This document shows positions 1-7,779 of a stretch of 64,000 nucleotides of DNA, in pieces. Positions within the stretch are counted from its first letter, which is position 1; each line of letters begins with the position of its first letter. The stretch comes from a virus: positions 1-64,000 of the IMG/VR virus record IMGVR_UViG_3300044714_000074. The stretch is one strand, 5' to 3'. The position numbers and the translations under genes are program-made. The notes under the pieces were generated by a model. It was not told where the DNA came from and made no database searches. It saw nothing but the letters and a program-made list of their open reading frames with translations.

Positions 1-21
1 GCCAGCCGTTTTCAAGCCGCA

Positions 22-204
22 TTATCTCTTGCGGAGCCCCCCCCCGCCGCCCCCCCCCCCCCCACGCTGGTAGGCCTCCTCGACGTAGAGCGTCGTCGGG
101 TCGACCATCTCGAACTTCGGCAGCCGCTTGCCGACCTCGGCCGGCTCGATGCCCTGGAGCGACGCGGAGCCGAGCGGGCGGATCGAGCGAAGACCTTCAG
201 TCAC
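22..204 (-). CDS. N-terminal fragment of a ParB-like/DUF6551-like protein, truncated at a poly-C tract
   Basis: PKFEMVDPTTLYVEEAYQR resembles ParB-like N-termini; the ORF then runs into a Gly run encoded by the C-tract at 37-63. Confidence 0.45.
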   Translation of the reverse strand: MTEGLRSIRPLGSASLQGIEPAEVGKRLPKFEMVDPTTLYVEEAYQRGGGGGGGGGLRKR

Positions 205-662
205 GGTAGGCTCCCCGTTTCAGGTTCGGCGAAAACCTCTAGCTGGCAAATCTCGACTCGAAGCCGCGGCCGCTCGTCATATAGCTTCGAGACCTTGGCC
301 TCGACGATCTGCGAATCGTCGGCAAAAACGATGGAATTGAGGGCATCGGCCGCCGCTTTGGCGATGTTATCCCAATCCGGCCGGCCAGGGCGTACGGTCC
401 CGGCCAAAGCGGCATCCCGCTTCCTATTCGACCAACTGGTCGGGACGCCCATAAACGCTGTCACCGTGATCGCCAGCGGCCCCAGGATAGGCGGCCGGCC
501 GCGCATGGCCACCTTTGCCGTCAGGGCCAAGGCGCGCTCGTAGGCCCGCGTCTTGGCCGGTGTATAGGCATTAACGAAGGAGCGACCGGCTTTAGGGGCG
601 ACCACGCGGAATCGAGGCCGCCCCTTACCGATAGGTTCGCCGCGGAGCTCGACGACGATCAC
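201..662 (-). CDS. rusA: RusA-family Holliday junction resolvase
   Basis: GEPIGKGRPR, YTPAKTRAYE, RPDWDNIAK and DALNSIVFADDSQIV catalytic Asp motifs. Confidence 0.9.
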   Translation of the reverse strand: MIVVELRGEPIGKGRPRFRVVAPKAGRSFVNAYTPAKTRAYERALALTAKVAMRGRPPILGPLAITVTAFMGVPTSWSNRKRDAALAGTVRPGRPDWDNIAKAAADALNSIVFADDSQIVEAKVSKLYDERPRLRVEICQLEVFAEPETGSLP

Positions 663-665
663 GGC

Positions 666-1082
666 CTATTCGGCGGCGACGGCCGATTGCGTCGGGAACT
701 GATGGACGTTTTCGGGCTCCGCGTCGGCTTCCTCTTCATCGGCCTCACCCTCCGGCATAGGCAACCGTTCCGCCGATGCCGCCCGCTCGTTCAAACCGCT
801 GATGTCGCGGTAGTGATCGAGGCAATCGAAGAAGTCGGCCAGCTTCTCCGGCTCCATGCGATCGGCCTGGACGATGATTCGGAACGCCTTGCGGTGGAGA
901 TGGTTTTTCTCGACGGCAAGTTTGATTTCGGAGCCCAGCCCGCCGGAGATTTCGCTGATGTTGTTCTGCGCCTTCCGGGCCGACGACATCAGCTCGCGCA
1001 ATTTCCGCTGCGAGATTGCCGGCCGGACATCCGATTCCGTGGCGGCCTCGGTCGTCTTCGTCTTTTTCGGTTTTCGAGCCAT
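666..1082 (-). CDS. GapR/DUF2312-like nucleoid-associated protein
   Basis: Helical core EIKLAVEKNHLHRKAFRIIVQADRMEPEKLADFFDCLDHYRDISGL resembles GapR; basic N-tail and acidic C-tail. Confidence 0.5.
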   Translation of the reverse strand: MARKPKKTKTTEAATESDVRPAISQRKLRELMSSARKAQNNISEISGGLGSEIKLAVEKNHLHRKAFRIIVQADRMEPEKLADFFDCLDHYRDISGLNERAASAERLPMPEGEADEEEADAEPENVHQFPTQSAVAAE

Positions 1083-1097
1083 GATCTTCTCCTCGGT

Positions 1098-1283
1098 TCA
1101 GTGTTTCGTCGAATGGGCGGCTTCGTCATCCAAAGCGATTTCGCGCATGGATTCCGCAATGATTTCTGCCGCACGGCGGTCGCAACCACCGGAGACGGCC
1201 ATCAGCCAAGCCAAGGTGTCCCGGTCCAACGGTAGGACCAGGGCGACGGGCTCGCGGTCATCTTCGGCAGAGTTCAAAGCCAT
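1098..1283 (-). CDS. small hypothetical protein (possible ribbon-helix-helix)
   Basis: ATG at 1283 (MALNSAEDD); fits the operon. Confidence 0.45.
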   Translation of the reverse strand: MALNSAEDDREPVALVLPLDRDTLAWLMAVSGGCDRRAAEIIAESMREIALDDEAAHSTKH

Positions 1284-1347
1284 GGCGGCGGCTTTAAGCG
1301 ATTCGGAGTTTGAAAGCCAATAGTTTGAGAGGAAAATCCACAACCCG

Positions 1348-1623
1348 TTACTTGCGGCGCGGCCTCTCGAAAACCTCCCGGTCCATGAATATGCCTTCCA
1401 GGATCGGGGTTTCGGCGTTGGCCGGCCAGGTCGCCCGGCATCTCGCCAAGAATTTGTCGAGCTTCTTGAGGGTAATGGACAATGTTCCGGCCCGTAACTC
1501 ACTGATAAATGTGGAATTTCCATAAAGACGGCGGCTTACCGTCTTGTCAGTGATGCCCTCGGCCAACTGATAGGCTTCGACCAGGGCGAGGATGTTTTTC
1601 CGGGCGATTGCATCTGTGGACAT
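1348..1623 (-). CDS. Cro-like HTH transcriptional regulator
   Basis: ITDKTVSRRLYGNSTFISELRAG HTH pattern typical of alphaproteobacterial phages; GGGAGG RBS; first gene of a divergent unit. Confidence 0.7.
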   Translation of the reverse strand: MSTDAIARKNILALVEAYQLAEGITDKTVSRRLYGNSTFISELRAGTLSITLKKLDKFLARCRATWPANAETPILEGIFMDREVFERPRRK

Positions 1624-1668
1624 GGCGGCCTCCCTATCACGGCGGTCTCAAACCGGCAAGCCGACGGC

Positions 1669-1700
1669 TTGACATTTGAGAGAATTTTCCGCATACCAAT
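1669..1700 (+). promoter_or_regulatory. putative sigma70 promoter of the rightward early operon
   Basis: Exact TTGACA at 1669-1674 with CATACC 17 nt downstream, in the divergent intergenic gap. Confidence 0.5.
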
Positions 1701-1730
1701 GATGCTTTGCCAACCGAAAGGGGCACTGAA

Positions 1731-1901
1731 ATGACCGAACCTCTCACCGTTCAAGGCTTCTACGCGACGCGGGTCGCCGCCCGCCGGGTCGGCCGATTCG
1801 TCATGCTGACCGCGCTTGTCGCGCTCTCCCTCCTACTCGGTGCCTGCGTCATAGCGGCAACCGTGATCGACATCCTCTTCGTGTCGTGGAGGCTGTCGTG
1901 A
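1731..1901 (+). CDS. small membrane protein
   Basis: One long hydrophobic segment; first ORF after the promoter. Confidence 0.55.
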   Translation: MTEPLTVQGFYATRVAARRVGRFVMLTALVALSLLLGACVIAATVIDILFVSWRLS

Positions 1902-2242
1902 GCGAGAGTAAGCATACGCCAGCACCGTGGATTGCAGACTTTGCCACTTATGGGGGCCCGACGATCCGAACACCGCTTGTGAATGCGGTTGGTGGATATG
2001 CCATCGCGCATATTTTGCGGAGTCCAAATCAAACTGACCCGCAAGTAACGGTCGCCAATGCGCGCCTGATCGCCGCGTCACCGGATTTGCTGGAAAAACT
2101 CAAAGCCGCACTCCCCTATGTCGAGCGCGTCGCCGCAACTGCACCAACCGAGCCTAGTCGCATTCAAAAACAGCGAGAGGCATCAAAGACGGCAGCAGAA
2201 ATCCGCGCCGCCATTGCCAAGGCCACCGAAAGCGAATCATGA
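1898..2242 (+). CDS. phage hypothetical protein (HTPAPW...ANARLIAASPDLL family)
   Basis: Widespread phage motif; GTGA overlap with the upstream stop. Confidence 0.75.
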   Translation: MSESKHTPAPWIADFATYGGPTIRTPLVNAVGGYAIAHILRSPNQTDPQVTVANARLIAASPDLLEKLKAALPYVERVAATAPTEPSRIQKQREASKTAAEIRAAIAKATESES

Positions 2243-2478
2243 GAACCGCTGACGCCAGCAACGAAGCGATGTTCGTCACCGACGGCGAACTTCCTCTGGT
2301 CGTCGCCGTGGAAACCGCCGTCCAGATCATCTCCGAAGTCCGCCGGCTGTCTGATCCCGACGCCGTCGAACTGATCACCGCCCGCGTCCGGGCAATCCAC
2401 CAAGCCGGAATAACCGCCGGCGCCACCTTGGCGCAGATCGCGGTGCAGCAGGCGTTCGCGCCGAAGGAGAAGCCATGA
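2239..2478 (+). CDS. hypothetical protein
   Basis: ATGA-coupled on both sides. Confidence 0.6.
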   Translation: MRTADASNEAMFVTDGELPLVVAVETAVQIISEVRRLSDPDAVELITARVRAIHQAGITAGATLAQIAVQQAFAPKEKP

Positions 2479-2687
2479 CCCGCGCCGAGATCGCCACGTC
2501 CACCGACCGCGCCGCCCTCGACGCCGCCCATCTCCGGGCATGGCAGACGCATGATCTGGAAACCCAACTCCGAGTCCTGCACCGGCTCGGTCAACTCGAC
2601 GGCGTCACGCTGCGCCGGATGCGGGATCGCCGCGATGCGGACCAAAAAGATGCGGATGAGGAACGGGAGTTCGGAGGACATTGGTGA
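2475..2687 (+). CDS. hypothetical protein
   Basis: GGAG RBS, ATGA overlap. Confidence 0.55.
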   Translation: MTRAEIATSTDRAALDAAHLRAWQTHDLETQLRVLHRLGQLDGVTLRRMRDRRDADQKDADEEREFGGHW

Positions 2688-3240
2688 TGGCCGAATACGT
2701 CACCTTGGAAGGAAAATGCTTCAGCGCCGAGGTGGCGCTGTGAAAGCCGGTGGGGTGGAATTTTTCCCGGATAGGGACACATTGCATCGAGCATACGGCT
2801 CGATCGGAGCCCGCTTTTCGAGGGTCTCATCGGTTGATGCAATTTGGGTAGTTGGTCTGGTTTATTTTCTTTCTGGCGAAAGAACTGGCGTTGTGAAGAG
2901 ACTACTTCTTCCTGATCCAGAAGGCACCGCACTCCGACATGTCATGGAAACCGCAAATGTCGCAGAAACGATTAAAAACATCAAAGATGTAACGGCGGCT
3001 GCCAGAAAGGGAGGAACAAAAGTTAAGTGGTACGACAATTTTTTGTATCACAGCATAATTTTGGCTGACCTAGACAAGCCGTCAGGATGGATACACGTCG
3101 AATCTGTTTTTCCCTATTCCAAATCAATGAAACGACCAAGTTGGACGCTATCCAAACGACAATCCGAAGAAGCCGTAATGGAGATGAGGCGGATTTTTGA
3201 TGAGATTTGGCATGCTGCAAAGGAGCCGCCGTTGTCATGA
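2551..3240 (+). CDS. lower-GC hypothetical protein (DUF5919-like), start uncertain
   Basis: KRLLLPDP...KWYD...SIILAD...GWIHVE...FDEIW pattern; visibly more AT-rich than its flanks. Confidence 0.5.
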   Translation: MIWKPNSESCTGSVNSTASRCAGCGIAAMRTKKMRMRNGSSEDIGDGRIRHLGRKMLQRRGGAVKAGGVEFFPDRDTLHRAYGSIGARFSRVSSVDAIWVVGLVYFLSGERTGVVKRLLLPDPEGTALRHVMETANVAETIKNIKDVTAAARKGGTKVKWYDNFLYHSIILADLDKPSGWIHVESVFPYSKSMKRPSWTLSKRQSEEAVMEMRRIFDEIWHAAKEPPLS

Positions 3241-3352
3241 TATCAGCACCCGTTAATTGCCGTTTCGACGAATCATTGCGCCGCCATCAACAATTTTTGG
3301 ATGACTGGCTGCAGCGGTTTGAGGCTGTGATCGAGAAAGCAAAGGAAATGCA

Positions 3353-4201
3353 ATGACCAAAACCAAACCAGCCGAACCGGCATTGTTCGAACAAGGAGTC
3401 GAGTCGACTCCGCCTGGACCGGTTGCCAGCAAAAAGCGCAGCGTCGCAACTGTGGAAAAGTTGCCGCCGCCAGCGCCCGACAACATGCTGGCGATCATCG
3501 CCAGCGCCGCCGCGAATCCGAACGTCGATGTCGCCAAGATGAAAGAGCTTCTGGCGATGCAACGCGAGATAGCCACCGAGCAAGCTCGCATGGCTTTCAC
3601 CGAAGCGTTTATCGCGATGAAGCTGCCGACCATCCGCCGCGACGGCAGGATCGAGATCGAAGGCCGGCACGGCAAGAAGGGCGGCGCCATGCGCTACGCC
3701 ACCTTCGAGAACATCAACAGCGTCATCGAACCGATCTTGCGGCAGCACGGCTTCGCGATGTGGTTCGAGCCCGACATCGGCGAAGACGGCAAGATCGTCA
3801 TGCGCGGCCATCTCGATCATATCCGCGGCCACGGCAAATCCTGCGCGATCTCGCTTCCGCTAGAGACATCCGGCGCCAAGAACAACGTTCAAGGCGTCGG
3901 TTCCTCGATCAGCTACGGCAAGCGTTATGCCGCAATCGCGCTACTGAATATCGTCAGCCACGCGCCGGAAGATCAGGACTTGGATGGCAACGCGCCGCCG
4001 AGCGAGTTCGTGACCGATGAGCAACTCGACCAACTCGTGAAGGCTTGCGAGGTCGTCAGTGCGCCGCAAGACAAGCTGGTCGCATATCTGAACTCGAAAC
4101 GACCGAAGGGCCATCCAGAACTTGATGCGCTGGCGCGGCTCCCGGCCTCTCGTTTCCAGGAAGCGCTCGACACCATCAAAACCTATAGGCCGAAGCCATG
4201 A
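3353..4201 (+). CDS. erf: ERF-family single-strand annealing protein
   Basis: YATFENI...PILRQHG and GSSISYGKRYA...EDQDLDG ERF signature. Confidence 0.9.
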   Translation: MTKTKPAEPALFEQGVESTPPGPVASKKRSVATVEKLPPPAPDNMLAIIASAAANPNVDVAKMKELLAMQREIATEQARMAFTEAFIAMKLPTIRRDGRIEIEGRHGKKGGAMRYATFENINSVIEPILRQHGFAMWFEPDIGEDGKIVMRGHLDHIRGHGKSCAISLPLETSGAKNNVQGVGSSISYGKRYAAIALLNIVSHAPEDQDLDGNAPPSEFVTDEQLDQLVKACEVVSAPQDKLVAYLNSKRPKGHPELDALARLPASRFQEALDTIKTYRPKP

Positions 4202-4821
4202 GCGAGCAGGGCACAGACGAGTGGCTGCAGGAGCGGCTCGGCAAGGTCACGGCGTCGCGGTTGTCCGATGTCATCGCCAAGACGAAAACCGGATGGGGCG
4301 CGTCACGCGCGAACTACATGGCGGAACTCATCGCCGAACGCCTCACCATGACGCCAGCCGAGAAGTTCACCAATGCTGCCATGCAGTGGGGACTCGATAC
4401 CGAGGCCGAAGCCTGCTCGGCTTACGCCTTCCGGCATGATGCCGACTTGCAAGAGGTCGGTTTCATCCCGCATCCGAAGATCCCGATGACAGGCGCGAGC
4501 CCGGATCGTTTAGTCGGGGAGCTTGGTCTAGCCGAGATCAAATGCCCGAATACGGCGACGCATATTGACACGTTGCTCGGCACTCCGATCGCCGACAAGT
4601 ACATCGTTCAGATGCAATGGCAGATGGCGTGTACCAGCCGGAAGTGGTGCGATTGGGTTTCCTACGATCCGAGGATGCCGGAGAACATGCGATTGTTCGT
4701 GAAACGGGTGATGCGCGACGATACGCGAATCGCCGAACTGGAGCGCGCCGTGATCGACTTCCTCAGAGAGCTCGATGAGAAAACATCGGCGCTGCGCGAA
4801 CGCTACGGAGCCGCCGCTTGA
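4198..4821 (+). CDS. YqaJ/lambda-type exonuclease
   Basis: QGTDEWLQERLGKVTAS, GASPDRLV, EIKCP and QMQWQM motifs. Confidence 0.95.
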   Translation: MSEQGTDEWLQERLGKVTASRLSDVIAKTKTGWGASRANYMAELIAERLTMTPAEKFTNAAMQWGLDTEAEACSAYAFRHDADLQEVGFIPHPKIPMTGASPDRLVGELGLAEIKCPNTATHIDTLLGTPIADKYIVQMQWQMACTSRKWCDWVSYDPRMPENMRLFVKRVMRDDTRIAELERAVIDFLRELDEKTSALRERYGAAA

Positions 4822-5378
4822 GCCGCAGCCAAGCCATAGCCTACGTCTGGCGCGAAGTTGAGATCGTCGATCCACAAACCGGAGAGACGACGAAAGTTGG
4901 CGCCATGGTGCCGTCTATCCGCTATCGGAAAATAGCGGAACGGCTGTTCGGCGCCGGCGGCGAACATGTGCTGGAGGAAGTTGCAGAACGGTCGCGCGCC
5001 AGTCATTCGCATTATTTCGCCTCTCTGAACGATCTCTTTGAGAACGTTCCAGAGAGAATGGAAGCCCGCTGGCCGACTGCCGAGCATTTCCGCAAATGGC
5101 TTCTGATTGAGACCGGCTGGTTCAACGAAAAAGAATTTGATCTCCAATCCGAAAAACACGCCAAGGCGCTCGGCACGTTCATCCGCACCAACGACGCCTT
5201 CGCCCGCATTTCGATTCACGGCACCAAGGTGATCGTCCGCACCGCGAAATCGCAATCGCTCAAAAATATGGGCGCCGAGGACTTCCGACGCTCCAAGGCA
5301 GACGTTTTAGACCTCGCTAGCCAATTAGTTGGCGTCACGCCATCGGTCGCATCGAAGAACGCAGGGAGAGCAGCATGA
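4818..5378 (+). CDS. NinB/DUF1367-like recombination accessory protein
   Basis: RSRASHSHYFA...EHFRKWLLIETG...KSQS...M...F pattern; follows erf and exo. Confidence 0.6.
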   Translation: MSRSQAIAYVWREVEIVDPQTGETTKVGAMVPSIRYRKIAERLFGAGGEHVLEEVAERSRASHSHYFASLNDLFENVPERMEARWPTAEHFRKWLLIETGWFNEKEFDLQSEKHAKALGTFIRTNDAFARISIHGTKVIVRTAKSQSLKNMGAEDFRRSKADVLDLASQLVGVTPSVASKNAGRAA

Positions 5379-5593
5379 CCCCGCAAGATGACCGCTACGC
5401 CGGCCGGCGCGACCGCGTCGTCGTCCAGGTCTTCGAGAAATGGGCCAACGGAGCGACATTAACTGAGGAGCGCGAAGCGGATTTAATGCTCCTCGTCACC
5501 GCCGCCGCCGATCTCACCTACAACTCCCGGATCAACGATCTGGACTGGGAGGAGGCGGCGCTGAAGTATTTGAGGGAGAGTAACGAGCGATGA
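5375..5593 (+). CDS. hypothetical protein
   Basis: ATGA coupling, RBS. Confidence 0.55.
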   Translation: MTPQDDRYAGRRDRVVVQVFEKWANGATLTEEREADLMLLVTAAADLTYNSRINDLDWEEAALKYLRESNER

Positions 5594-6483
5594 GAGAGGT
5601 TTTTGTTGAGAGAATATTTAGAACCGACAGTCTCGATGTGATCGAAAAGGCCAACGTCATCATTGACGAGTATCAGGCGCAGGGCTTCACCTTGACGCTG
5701 CGCCAGCTCTATTACCAATTCGTCGCACTCGGTTTCCTCGCCAACAAGCAATCCGAATATAAGCGCCTTGGCTCGATCATAAACGATGCTCGGCTAGCCG
5801 GGATGATCGATTGGGCCGCGATGGAAGATCGTGTCCGGAATCTCGACACGCTACCGCATTGGCCAGACCCACACGACTTTCTTGGAGATGCCCCGGCTTG
5901 GTATCGAGAGGATTTATGGTCCAGTCAGCCCGTCAATATCGAAGTGTGGATTGAAAAAGATGCGCTCGCTGGCGTGATTGAGCCGGTCTGCCGACGATGG
6001 CGGCTCCCATTCCTTGCTTGCCGTGGTTACGTCTCGCAGTCCGAACTCTATTCGGCAGGCAAGCGATTTTTCAAAGACGCCTGCGATAATAAGCGCCGCA
6101 CGCTTGTACTACATCACGACCCGAGCGGCATCGATATGACACGCGACAATTTGGAGCGGCTGCGGATGTTTTCCGATACGGCGCTAGGCTCAACCGTGGA
6201 CGTAAAGCGCATCGCCCTCAATTTCGATCAAGTGGAGCAGTACGATCCGCCGCCAAATCCAGCGAAGGAAACCGACAGTCGCGCGAGCGGCTACATTGAT
6301 CGATACGGCGGCGAATCTTGGGAACTCGATGCGCTCGACCCTGCGGTAATTGACGGGCTCATAGAGGCCGAGGTCCAGGCGGTCATCAACATCAAAAAAT
6401 GGCGCAAGGCGATGAAGGCCGAAGAAGAAAACCGTGAGCGCATCCGGGATGCCGCCCGATGGCTCGAAGATAATTCGGAATAA
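5590..6483 (+). CDS. Topo VI-A/DUF2220-like wHTH-TOPRIM protein
   Basis: TLRQLYYQ, IEVWIEKDAL, CRGYVSQS, HDPSGIDMTRD and WELDAL motifs. Confidence 0.8.
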   Translation: MREVFVERIFRTDSLDVIEKANVIIDEYQAQGFTLTLRQLYYQFVALGFLANKQSEYKRLGSIINDARLAGMIDWAAMEDRVRNLDTLPHWPDPHDFLGDAPAWYREDLWSSQPVNIEVWIEKDALAGVIEPVCRRWRLPFLACRGYVSQSELYSAGKRFFKDACDNKRRTLVLHHDPSGIDMTRDNLERLRMFSDTALGSTVDVKRIALNFDQVEQYDPPPNPAKETDSRASGYIDRYGGESWELDALDPAVIDGLIEAEVQAVINIKKWRKAMKAEEENRERIRDAARWLEDNSE

Positions 6484-6485
6484 TC

Positions 6486-6719
6486 ATGCCCCGCCCCGTC
6501 CGCCGACGCAGCGGAACGAAACTCCGCACCGCCTTCGATTACGAGACCGGGCGCAAGATCATCGAGATCGTCGACGCCCGCGGCAGGATGGTCGGCGTGA
6601 TTCGGCCCTGGGAGGGAGACGACACCGCCGTCGTCATCGATTCGTTTCATGTCCGCGACGTCATCAACGGCAACGACCGCGTGACGCAGGTTCCTAGAAT
6701 GATGGTGAGGTTTACATGA
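6486..6719 (+). CDS. hypothetical protein
   Basis: Tightly packed in the operon. Confidence 0.55.
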   Translation: MPRPVRRRSGTKLRTAFDYETGRKIIEIVDARGRMVGVIRPWEGDDTAVVIDSFHVRDVINGNDRVTQVPRMMVRFT

Positions 6720-6916
6720 GACTACCAACGAAGGACGAACTGATCGGCGCGCTGGCGATGGCGCTGTCCGCCGGCATGTTGATTCTCGTCGCCTGGGCGC
6801 TATCGGAGCCGTGCCGGCCGAATACGCCGACGCTGATGATCGGCGACGCGATCCTGGTCGCCGGGTGCAAGCCGCACGAGGGAGGGTGGACGTATGCAAT
6901 TCAACATCAACAATGA
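6716..6916 (+). CDS. small membrane protein
   Basis: N-terminal TM segment, Cys pair. Confidence 0.5.
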   Translation: MRLPTKDELIGALAMALSAGMLILVAWALSEPCRPNTPTLMIGDAILVAGCKPHEGGWTYAIQHQQ

Positions 6917-7136
6917 GGTTAGAATACAGCTGACGGACCTTGGCCGTACTATTCACCGCCAGAACTTCGAGAAGCTACTTCCGGACTTAGCTTATGAGCC
7001 TCCGATAGAGGACGCCGATGGGTGGTCATCGTGGCAACTCTGGAAACTGGCGCATGAGTTCGGCGCTCATCTCTACAATGGTTGCGATCCGCCGTTCAAA
7101 AGCTGCATCGAGATTCCGGAAAAGGGCACTCAATGA
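6894..7136 (+). CDS. phage hypothetical protein
   Basis: FNINNEVRIQLT...QLWKL..EFG common phage family; GGAGG RBS. Confidence 0.7.
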   Translation: MQFNINNEVRIQLTDLGRTIHRQNFEKLLPDLAYEPPIEDADGWSSWQLWKLAHEFGAHLYNGCDPPFKSCIEIPEKGTQ

Positions 7137-7453
7137 GCCGCGTCGCCGAAACTCTCGATCCCGGCCCCTACAGCGGTCTGCCAGGGTTCAAGACGGGCGG
7201 AACCAGCCGGGAGGCCGCCAGGGCCGTCGCCGGCGAAGCCTCCAACCTCCGGGAAAGGGCCCACGCCGCCCTAGCGGCGGCCGGCTATGGGGGTCTGACC
7301 GCCGACCAAGTTGCCCTAGCCCTCGGGCGGGATCGCTTATCAGTGCGGCCCCGCCTTAGCGAGATGGCCGCTTTATCGAGGATTGTCCGGACCGGGGAGC
7401 GCCGGCGGAACGAGAGCGGGCTGAGCGCCGCGGTCTGGCGGGTGGCGCCATGA
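7133..7453 (+). CDS. winged-HTH DNA-binding protein
   Basis: TSREAA...GLTADQVA...SVRPRLSEM...TGERR...SG..AAVW. Confidence 0.7.
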   Translation: MSRVAETLDPGPYSGLPGFKTGGTSREAARAVAGEASNLRERAHAALAAAGYGGLTADQVALALGRDRLSVRPRLSEMAALSRIVRTGERRRNESGLSAAVWRVAP

Positions 7454-7779
7454 GCCATACCCTCAACGCAAAACTAAGTTGCCTCCAGTCGTTCATAGAC
7501 GAGTTCGGATGGGCCAGAAAAGAGACGGGTTCGCCTGAACAGCTAACCCTGGAAATCCTCAAGGAAATCCATGCCGATCTCCGCGCCCGCAAGCCCGGGG
7601 CGGCGATCAAGGCGCTTCAAGCCTTGGAGTTCCAGGTCGATCAGGCGCGGAAGGCGAAGGCCCGGCTCGGCTACGTCGACGTCGGTCATCACCAGGCGCT
7701 CGGCAACGACGTTCTCGCGCACTGGCCGGTGATCCGGCGCGGGCTTGAACTTGCGGCTGAAACGGAGACGACGCGATGA
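7450..7779 (+). CDS. hypothetical protein
   Basis: ATGA-coupled on both sides. Confidence 0.6.
   Translation: MSHTLNAKLSCLQSFIDEFGWARKETGSPEQLTLEILKEIHADLRARKPGAAIKALQALEFQVDQARKAKARLGYVDVGHHQALGNDVLAHWPVIRRGLELAAETETTR

Noticed and set aside
37-63. Poly-C tract as a phase-variation or tropism switch
   Set aside because: It sits at the sequence edge and breaks a ParB-like ORF into poly-Gly; most likely a sequencing or assembly artefact
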